A stretch of DNA of 14,045 bases from Thermostichus sp. DRC_bins_24 (GCA_039794845.1 JAUQVK010000018.1:1-14045); one strand, 5' to 3'. Shown: positions 7,100 to 14,045, counted from the first letter of the stretch. Program-made: numbers and translations. Notes: a model not told the origin generated them from the sequence alone.

Positions 7100-9016
7100 A
7101 TGTTTACGTCGCCGGATCCCTTTTTGGATCGCCTCTTGGCTCAGCGCTATCGGCTCACGCATCTGCTCGGACAGGGGGGCATGGGGCGGGTGTATTTGGC
7201 GCAAGACTTGCTCTTCGGTGGGGTAGAAGTGGCGGTGAAGCTGCTCACCCATCCGGTGATGGACGAAAGCACCCGCTTGCGCTTTGAACGAGAGGCGAAG
7301 TCCTGTGCGGCGTTGGGCCAAAAAAGCCTGCACATCGTCAAGGTGAATGACTACGGCATTACCCCTGATGAGGTGCCCTTTTATGTGATGGAATACCTGA
7401 ACGGGCAAACCCTGAAAGAGATTTTAGCGGCGGGTGCCCTGCCTTTGGAGCGATTTTTTCGGCTGGCCCGCCAAATTGGTTTGGGGTTGAAGACCGCCCA
7501 TGAAGGGATCCAGATGGAAGGGCAATCGGTGCAGGTGATCCACCGCGATCTGAAACCCGCCAATGTGATCGTGGTGGCCAACGATAGCCTTGGGGAGCTG
7601 GCCAAACTGGTGGATTTTGGCATTGCCAAGCTCCTGAACACCGGCGCTTCTCTGAGCCTTACCCACGCCTATTTGGGCACACTGGCCTATTCTTCGCCGG
7701 AGCAATTGGAGGGATCCCCTTTGGATGCCCGTTCCGACATCTACAGCTTCGGGATCATGCTCTACCAGATGGTGTCGGGGGAAATGCCCCTTAAGCCCAC
7801 CACCGAGTCTTTCCCGGGTTGGTACCAAGCCCACCACAAGCGTCGCCCCATTCCCTTAGAAGACCTGGGGATGAACTTGGCTTTGCCCGCCGGCCTTTCG
7901 GACTTGATCCTCAGCTGTTTGGCCAAGGATCCCGCCGCCCGTCCGCAAGCGGTAAGCAATGTGTTGGCCGAATTAGAGTACATTCAAGCCAAAGCCGAAG
8001 GGCTGGTTGCCCCTCTGGCCTTGGTCGCCCCTGGGAGCGCCGCCTCCCACACGTTTTTTCCGCCCACCGGCCAGACTGCCTCTTCCCCACTGTCCCCGGC
8101 CACGGCAGGTACCCTGCGGCTAAAGCCCTTGACTGCCACTGCTGCGACCGAAGGCAAGGGATCCCTGTTTTGGATACGCCTGATTCCCCTGCTGGTGGGT
8201 GGATTGTTGGGGTTGGCCCTGATGAGCTGGGTGCTGGGGCCGTTTCGCCAGCGCCCCCTAGCCCCTCTCTTCTCTGGGTCTGCCCCGAGTGCGGAAGAAG
8301 ATCTAGAAGATCTACCTGTGGCGGTTGATCCCAATGCCGAACCTGCTTCTGATCCGCAGGCAGCCCCCGAACCTCTTGTTTTGGATATTGCACGGGATCC
8401 CTCACCGGAGCTAGAACCCTACACCGAACCCTACACCGGTAGTGCCCCTGGCCCCCCCGGACAGGTGTTTCGCACCTTCCCCCTTGACACCTTGCGGGAG
8501 ACGGTACGGGCCAGCCTTGGATCCCCCAGTGAGAATGGCCGCGGCTATTGGCCCAACACCGTGTACGACCTGTACCGCTTCGGCAGCGTCGATTTGGGCT
8601 TGATTTACGATGCATCCAGCCTGGTGCTGCGGCAAACGGAAGCCACCGTTGACGACAACCTACCCGGCCCCCAGGTGGAGGGATTGCTGGAGGATATGTT
8701 GCAAGCCCCCTTGCCTCCTGAACTGCAGCGAGAACTGCAAGCGGTGCGAGAACGGCGCTCCGAACGGGTGCAATTTCGCGTTGGCCCCTTGTCCGGCCTG
8801 ATCGAACGCAATGCCCAGGGCCGCGTCTATATGGCCCTCTGGGATCCCGATCTGCACAGCAGCGCTCCACCGCCCACCCCGATGCCCACCCCACCCCCAC
8901 CCGCCCCGGCTGTTCAACCCCGCCCCGCCCAAAATACCAACCCTGCGGGCAACGCTCGCCCCGGCCAAACCCTGCGGGATCACCTGCGCCGCGCACGCGA
9001 ATTGCGGGGGGATTAG
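7100..9016 (+). CDS. Membrane Hanks-type Ser/Thr protein kinase with extracytoplasmic C-terminal domain
   Basis: LGQGGMGRVY, VAVK, FEREA, IHRDLKPAN, DFG and GTLAYSSPEQ. Thr-rich juxtamembrane linker, TM at ~8165-8245, Pro/acidic linker, globular domain ~8465-8857 and Pro-rich tail. Start taken as ATG 7100 (MFTSPDPFLDR). Confidence 0.93.
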   Translation: MFTSPDPFLDRLLAQRYRLTHLLGQGGMGRVYLAQDLLFGGVEVAVKLLTHPVMDESTRLRFEREAKSCAALGQKSLHIVKVNDYGITPDEVPFYVMEYLNGQTLKEILAAGALPLERFFRLARQIGLGLKTAHEGIQMEGQSVQVIHRDLKPANVIVVANDSLGELAKLVDFGIAKLLNTGASLSLTHAYLGTLAYSSPEQLEGSPLDARSDIYSFGIMLYQMVSGEMPLKPTTESFPGWYQAHHKRRPIPLEDLGMNLALPAGLSDLILSCLAKDPAARPQAVSNVLAELEYIQAKAEGLVAPLALVAPGSAASHTFFPPTGQTASSPLSPATAGTLRLKPLTATAATEGKGSLFWIRLIPLLVGGLLGLALMSWVLGPFRQRPLAPLFSGSAPSAEEDLEDLPVAVDPNAEPASDPQAAPEPLVLDIARDPSPELEPYTEPYTGSAPGPPGQVFRTFPLDTLRETVRASLGSPSENGRGYWPNTVYDLYRFGSVDLGLIYDASSLVLRQTEATVDDNLPGPQVEGLLEDMLQAPLPPELQRELQAVRERRSERVQFRVGPLSGLIERNAQGRVYMALWDPDLHSSAPPPTPMPTPPPPAPAVQPRPAQNTNPAGNARPGQTLRDHLRRARELRGD

Positions 9017-9019
9017 GCC

Positions 9020-11359
9020 ATGTCTGCCTCCGATGACAAAAAGCCCCTCTTGGGCACTGTCACCCGCTTTTTCAAGACCCTATCTGTTTGGCGACCCTCC
9101 CCTGCCGGGGCCACCGCCCTCCTCAAACCTGCCGAAGCCCCTCCCCCCAGACGCCCGGTGCGTCTGCGCATCACCTGTCCCGGAGAAGCCCCACAGGTGT
9201 TTGTCCTGAAAGGTTCCGACATTCTCGGTCGTAGCCAGACGGTTTCCACCATTCGCATTCCGGCGGCCTCGGTTAGCCATTTGCACGCCCGCATTCGCCC
9301 TCGCCTCGATTGGCGCATTCCCCGATTGGGTTGGCGGATCCCGTTGCTGCCCTTTCTCTACTGGTTGGGTTGGAATGCCGGTCGCTACCAATTGGAAGAT
9401 CAAGACTCCACCAACGGCGTATTTCGTCTAGGGCTATTTGGGGATTCAGTGCGGGTGCGCCGGGTGATTTTACGGAATGGCCGCCGGCTCAGCCTTGGCC
9501 CACCCCGGGATCCGGAGAGCGTTTTGATTCAGGTGCTGGATCCGCCGCCGCCGCAGGTGTATTGGGTGCGCGGCTGTTTGGCGCTGGTGGTGGTTTTGGG
9601 GCTGGGGTTACGGATTTGGATTGGCCATGAGTGGAGCAAGTTCTCGGTGGAGCCCCCCCTCTTGGCAGAGCGCAGCCCTCTGGTGGTAGTGGCGGGTGAT
9701 CAACAAACCCAGTTGCGCCGTACCCAAGCAGACTACTACCGCGATTTGGGCAGTCTGGAAGCCTTTGGCCCGATTTTGCCCAAGGTGGTGGTGGCCGCGG
9801 AAGATCACCGTTTTTATTCCCACTTTGGGGTGGATCTGCTGGGCATTGGGCGAGCCTTTTGGGTGAACCTGCGCTCGGGAGAACTGCAACAGGGGGGCAG
9901 CTCCATTAGTCAACAACTGGCCCGCACGGTTTTGCGAGAGTACACGGGATCCGGTAATACCTTTGGGCGCAAGGTGCGGGAGGCGGTCGCAGCTCTTAAG
10001 CTGGAAAGACGTTACAGCAAAGATCAGATCCTCACCCTGTACCTGAACAATGTCTACCTGGGCAATGGTATTTATGGGTTTGAAACCGCCGCCCAGTTTT
10101 ATTTTGGGATCCCCAGTAGCCAACTCAGCCTCTCAGAAGCCGCGACCTTAGCAGGGATTTTGCCTGCTCCCAACGCCTTTAACCCCATCACCAATTACGA
10201 TGCGGCGGTGCGCGGTCGGGATCGGGTGTTGGATCGCCTGAGTGAGCTGAGGGTCTTTCCAGAAGAAGACATTCGTCGTGCCCGGCGCAGTCGCCTCACC
10301 CTCAACCCCAATTTGCGCTCAGAAACCTCCACGGTTGCCCCCTATTTCTACGGCACCGTTTTCGAAGAGATGCGGCAGCTTCTGGGCCAAGATCTCGCAG
10401 CCGAAGGCAATTTCATCATCGAGACCACGGTGCATTTGCCCTATCAGCGGGTTGCTGAGCAAGTCCTGGCTCAAACAGTGCGGGAGTCGGGATCCACATT
10501 TGGGTTTCGTCAGGGATCCCTGGTGAGCCTCGATAGCCGCAATGGCGAGGTACTGGCCTTGGTGGGGGGGATCGACTACAGCACCAGCCAATTTAACCGG
10601 GCGACACAGGCGCAACGTCAGCCGGGATCCACCTTCAAGGTGTTTACCTATGCCGCTGCCCTCAGTCAGGGCATTTCCCCGTCACTGGTGCTTTCTTGTG
10701 AGCCGCTCACTTGGGGTAACCTCACCTTCAATGGCTGTCGCTCCGGATCTGCTCCCATGGATCTGGCGCGCGGGCTGATCCTCTCAGAAAATGTCATTTC
10801 TCTGCGCTTGGCCCAGCAGGTGGGGTTGGATCGGGTGGTGAGTATGGCTCGGCAACTGGGCATTCAATCACCCTTGCAACCTTACCCCTCGATGGTGATC
10901 GGCACGATGGAGGTGAACCTGCTGGAGTTAACGGCAGCCTTTGCCCCTTTTGCCAACCGCGGCATTGGGTCCAAGCCCCACACGATTCGGCGCATTCTCG
11001 ATAGCAGCGATTGTGCCAGTCGCAGCGATTTTCGCACCTGCCGCGAGATTTATCCGGGGCGGGAGGATCCCCGGTCACAGCAAAGGGTACTTCCAGAATC
11101 AGTAGCCCAACAGATGACCACATTGTTGCAGGCTGTGATCAGCTCCGGCACGGGCACAGCGGCTCGGCTCGGCATTGGGGAAGCGGGCAAAACCGGCACC
11201 ACCACCGGCAATAAAGACTTACTGTTCGTGGGCTATACCCCCAATCCTGCTTTGGTAACCGGCGTTTGGCTGGGGAACGACGACTCTAGCCCAACCCGAG
11301 GGAGCAGCAGCATTGCCGCCCAAACCTGGGGAAATTATATGCGCCAGGTGATCCGATAA
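9020..11359 (+). CDS. Class A penicillin-binding protein (transglycosylase + transpeptidase) with N-terminal FHA domain
   Basis: FHA motifs ILGR, SHLH and DSTNG precede a TM helix. GT51 motifs EDHRFYSHFG, GGSSISQQLAR, RKVRE and KDQILTLYLN; transpeptidase motifs STFK, SEN and KTG. Confidence 0.93.
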   Translation: MSASDDKKPLLGTVTRFFKTLSVWRPSPAGATALLKPAEAPPPRRPVRLRITCPGEAPQVFVLKGSDILGRSQTVSTIRIPAASVSHLHARIRPRLDWRIPRLGWRIPLLPFLYWLGWNAGRYQLEDQDSTNGVFRLGLFGDSVRVRRVILRNGRRLSLGPPRDPESVLIQVLDPPPPQVYWVRGCLALVVVLGLGLRIWIGHEWSKFSVEPPLLAERSPLVVVAGDQQTQLRRTQADYYRDLGSLEAFGPILPKVVVAAEDHRFYSHFGVDLLGIGRAFWVNLRSGELQQGGSSISQQLARTVLREYTGSGNTFGRKVREAVAALKLERRYSKDQILTLYLNNVYLGNGIYGFETAAQFYFGIPSSQLSLSEAATLAGILPAPNAFNPITNYDAAVRGRDRVLDRLSELRVFPEEDIRRARRSRLTLNPNLRSETSTVAPYFYGTVFEEMRQLLGQDLAAEGNFIIETTVHLPYQRVAEQVLAQTVRESGSTFGFRQGSLVSLDSRNGEVLALVGGIDYSTSQFNRATQAQRQPGSTFKVFTYAAALSQGISPSLVLSCEPLTWGNLTFNGCRSGSAPMDLARGLILSENVISLRLAQQVGLDRVVSMARQLGIQSPLQPYPSMVIGTMEVNLLELTAAFAPFANRGIGSKPHTIRRILDSSDCASRSDFRTCREIYPGREDPRSQQRVLPESVAQQMTTLLQAVISSGTGTAARLGIGEAGKTGTTTGNKDLLFVGYTPNPALVTGVWLGNDDSSPTRGSSSIAAQTWGNYMRQVIR

Positions 11360-11368
11360 TGCAAACCT

Positions 11369-11412
11369 TTGATACAGATTGATTGATACTTGATTGATAC
11401 AGATTGATGCAG
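11369..11412. repeat. Nested short tandem repeats (TTGA / TTGATAC units)
   Basis: TTGATTGATAC twice in perfect tandem (11379-11389, 11390-11400). TTGATACAGATTGAT at 11369-11383 and 11394-11408. Confidence 0.85.
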
Positions 11413-11453
11413 CTTTTCGGGTGAAAGCGACGGGATTCGAGATACACTTCTTG

Positions 11454-11495
11454 ACTTCCCTCACCCAGAGCGGGAGAGGGGCCGGGGGTGAGGGA
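11454..11495. repeat. REP-like palindromic element / probable bidirectional 3'-end hairpin
   Basis: Perfect 10-bp inverted repeat TCCCTCACCC (11457-11466) / GGGTGAGGGA (11486-11495) enclosing GGGAGAGGGG, located between convergent genes. Confidence 0.7.
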
Positions 11496-11526
11496 GCTGT
11501 TTCAGCCTCAATTGCAATGACAATGA

Positions 11527-12690
11527 TTATTGAGAAAATCCCGTGGAGAAAGCTCCTAAAATAGAAAAATAAGCTGGTTTTGGCTGATACTCAGCATCGA
11601 ATAGGCAGGGCCACTCTAGGCGTTCTTTAAGCAACCAAGTGTCACCATCGCTAATATCCCAGAAAGTAACTCCATACTGTTGATCTTTGGGGACAATTCG
11701 GTAGTAAGCCTGAAGGATATCACGGTATTGCTTGGCTTGCCTTCGAGCCAATTCCTCAGTCAATTGAGTGAGTCCGAGTTCACCCCCTTCAGCCTCTGCG
11801 AAGTCTCGATAATTTACAGAGACATCCAATTCTGATAAATGAATACTTAATCCGGTTTTGGCTGCCTCAGACAAGGCAAATTCAAAATCGGAGATGGATC
11901 GATAAATTGTTGTATGGGCTTGAATCCCAAAACCGGAAATAGGGATCCCCTTCCTTCTCAGTGCCTGGATAAGGTTGAGCTGTGCTCTGAGTTTCTCATA
12001 ATTGCGAGATGTAAACTCCTGGCCATAATCGTTGTAGAACAACACTGCCTCAGGGTCAGCTTCGTGAGCCCAAGTAAAGCACTTGCCGACAAAGTCGATG
12101 AAGCTGTCATTATCAGGGTAGCGTTTGCGCAGCCAAGTTTCTGCTAAGGCACCCGAGTTATATTCAAATAATTCATTAAAAACATCATATCCAACCACCT
12201 TGCCTCGATAGCGACTCACAACCCTGTGGATATAGTTTTGAATGTAAGCTTCAAAAGCTTTATTTCCACCAGAAAAGTTAAGAAGATAGTCTGGAGAAAC
12301 GGCGGGTAATCCGTAGAGCAAAGCATGAGCATGGAGCGATTTTCCATGAGACAGCGCCAGCTCTACTACTTGATCTGTATTGGTGAAGTCTATACTGCCA
12401 TCTTGTCGAATGAGATGGCTCATAAAAAAATCTGTGCTTGTGAAACGATCAACTTCTCGCAGAAGGATCCTCTTGGCGTAAGAGTTGCTTTGAATTTGAT
12501 CAAGTCCAAATGCCATGCCTACCGAGGCCGGTAAAACACTGGAAAGAGACTGCATAGAAGCCGGATAAGTGGGCTGGGCTAAACTAGGAAGCTGTAAGGA
12601 AAAAGGGCTTGTTTCATCCCAACAGCCGGCCAGAGTCAAGAACAACAGCAACAATAGAATAAGTCGAGCAAGTTTAACGCCCACAGCCAC
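11527..12690 (-). CDS. Glycoside hydrolase family 10 (endo-1,4-beta-xylanase-like) lipoprotein
   Basis: Lipobox LAGC after a hydrophobic signal. YDVFNE (acid/base Glu), LFYNDY, GIQAH, IHLSELDV (nucleophile Glu), VTFWDISD and LFDAEYQPKPAY. Confidence 0.88.
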   Translation of the reverse strand: MAVGVKLARLILLLLLFLTLAGCWDETSPFSLQLPSLAQPTYPASMQSLSSVLPASVGMAFGLDQIQSNSYAKRILLREVDRFTSTDFFMSHLIRQDGSIDFTNTDQVVELALSHGKSLHAHALLYGLPAVSPDYLLNFSGGNKAFEAYIQNYIHRVVSRYRGKVVGYDVFNELFEYNSGALAETWLRKRYPDNDSFIDFVGKCFTWAHEADPEAVLFYNDYGQEFTSRNYEKLRAQLNLIQALRRKGIPISGFGIQAHTTIYRSISDFEFALSEAAKTGLSIHLSELDVSVNYRDFAEAEGGELGLTQLTEELARRQAKQYRDILQAYYRIVPKDQQYGVTFWDISDGDTWLLKERLEWPCLFDAEYQPKPAYFSILGAFSTGFSQ

Positions 12691-12712
12691 TCGTAGAGAA
12701 AGGAGTGAAAAA

Positions 12713-14045
12713 CTATTGCTTCACCAGGGATCCGGTTACTTCCAGAATGGCATCGATCTGTACCTTGCGCACCATCAGCTTTAGGGTTTTCGCCAGGGAT
12801 CCCTGTTCGGGGGGGATTTGCTCGATCAGTTGATTCATGCGGCGATTGCTAAGACTAAGGGCAGCCTTGTGAAATTGGACAATCCAATCGGAGGGCATCT
12901 TCCGTAGGGCCTCCACAGTCAGGGGATCCGGCTCTTGGGTGGCAGTTTTTGTGGCGGCAGAATCTACGGCAGATTGATAAAGAAACTGCACCCCCAGTTG
13001 GTGTTGTAATGTCTCAAAGATTGTGCTTTCTCGGAAGGGTTTAAGGACAAACTGATCGAAGCCAATGCGTTCTGCCTTTTGCCGATCCTCTTCAAAGCCA
13101 CTGGCTGAAAGGGCAATAATTTTCGTTTGGCGACCCTTGAGTTGAGACCTGATCTGTTCGGTGGCTGCAAACCCATCCAACACCGGCATCCGAATATCCA
13201 TCCAAATCAGATGGGGATCCCATTCCTGCCAAACTTGAATGGCCTCTTGACCATTGCTGGCTTCCCGAATGCTAAAGCCAATCCCTTCTAGCAACTGCCG
13301 CAGTACCAGGCGATTGTCAGGATGATCATCCACCACCAACAGGCGATAACGCGGTTGTCCGGGAGCCAAGCCGATCACCTTTTGTTGAGTAGCAGAGGTT
13401 GTAAAGGATGGTTCATCCGCCAAGTTCACCGAGATGGTAAATCGGAAGGTGGATCCCACTCCTTTTTGGCTGGTGACGGAGATATCTCCCCCCATCAACT
13501 GCACAAATTGTCGGCTAATGGTCAGTCCTAGTCCGGTGCCTTCGCTCACTTTTTTACTGGTATCGGTTTGCACGAAAGCCTGAAACAACAGTCCCAATTC
13601 TTCGGGGGTCATGCCCAAGCCCGTATCACTGACCGCAAACTCCAACTCTACAGGATCCACCCCTACAGGGGAAATGGGCCGCACCTGCACAGAAACGCTG
13701 CCTTCGGCGGTGAACTTAATGGCATTGCCCACCAGGTTGATCAAAACCTGACGCAGTTTTTTTTCGTCCCCAATGATCACCTTTGGCAACTGGGCATCTT
13801 GTTCAAACAACAGTTGGATCCCTTTGCCACGGGCACGAATATCGAGCATTTCTCGCAATACCTTAAGGGTTTCGTGTAGGTCAAAGGGATCCTCTTGTAA
13901 AACCAGCTTTCCGGCCTCGATCTTGGCCATATCCAAAACATCGTTGATCAGGCCCAGAAGATGTTCGCCACTGCGGTTGATCGTTCCAATGGTTTCTCGT
14001 TGTTTGTCGGTGAGTTTCGGATCCCGTGCCAACAATTGGCTGACG
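12713..14045 (-). CDS. Hybrid sensor histidine kinase/response regulator (partial; N-terminus and H-box beyond window)
   Basis: HisKA tail (SGEHLLGLINDVLDMAKIEAG), HATPase N/G1/F/G2 boxes (NLVGNAIKFT, DTGLG, FQAF, GTGLGL) and receiver (VVDD, WMDIRMP, ALSAS, LKPF). The frame stays open to the window edge (..VSQLLARDP). Confidence 0.93.
   Translation of the reverse strand, partial: VSQLLARDPKLTDKQRETIGTINRSGEHLLGLINDVLDMAKIEAGKLVLQEDPFDLHETLKVLREMLDIRARGKGIQLLFEQDAQLPKVIIGDEKKLRQVLINLVGNAIKFTAEGSVSVQVRPISPVGVDPVELEFAVSDTGLGMTPEELGLLFQAFVQTDTSKKVSEGTGLGLTISRQFVQLMGGDISVTSQKGVGSTFRFTISVNLADEPSFTTSATQQKVIGLAPGQPRYRLLVVDDHPDNRLVLRQLLEGIGFSIREASNGQEAIQVWQEWDPHLIWMDIRMPVLDGFAATEQIRSQLKGRQTKIIALSASGFEEDRQKAERIGFDQFVLKPFRESTIFETLQHQLGVQFLYQSAVDSAATKTATQEPDPLTVEALRKMPSDWIVQFHKAALSLSNRRMNQLIEQIPPEQGSLAKTLKLMVRKVQIDAILEVTGSLVKQ

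Larger units (their letters stand above)
469..13221. repeat. Highly iterated palindrome GGGATCCC (HIP variant), dispersed
   Basis: Perfect copies counted by eye start at 469, 993, 1283, 1712, 2488, 4947, 5192, 6755, 7061, 7711, 8158, 8394, 8841, 10106, 10513, 11942, 12796 and 13214. Many one-mismatch variants also occur. Confidence 0.9.

Noticed and set aside
7911..8996. 361-aa minus-strand ORF
   Set aside because: Antisense shadow of the GC-rich kinase gene, with low-complexity G/R/P composition and no recognisable motifs.
11369..11412. Possible mini CRISPR array
   Set aside because: The repeats are only 4-15 bp with no unique spacers of CRISPR length, and no cas genes are present.

Overview
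This is a gene-dense chromosomal window from a cyanobacterium, most likely a hot-spring Thermostichus (Synechococcus OS-A/OS-B'-type), inferred from 18 perfect copies of the palindrome GGGATCCC. Left to right: the end of a sulfate ABC operon (cysA 3' end, cysT, cysW); convergent msrA; a lone PotB-like ABC permease overlapping a DUF4434 glycoside-hydrolase-like gene; and a divergent ECF sigma / anti-sigma / Spy-CpxP-like envelope-stress trio. Next come a ~175-nt highly structured intergenic element (candidate ncRNA, 6S RNA-sized) and a class-IV-like HDAC-family deacylase. A membrane Ser/Thr kinase is followed 3 bp later by an FHA-domain class A penicillin-binding protein. A repeat-rich convergent spacer then marks a drop in GC, followed by a lipoprotein GH10 hydrolase with a rewritten substrate motif and the 3' part of a hybrid histidine kinase. 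The best leads are the kinase/FHA-PBP pair (a possible transmembrane phospho-control module for peptidoglycan synthesis) and the structured RNA. No CRISPR array, transposase, integrase or intact tRNA/rRNA was seen. All family calls come from motifs recognised by eye, not from database searches.
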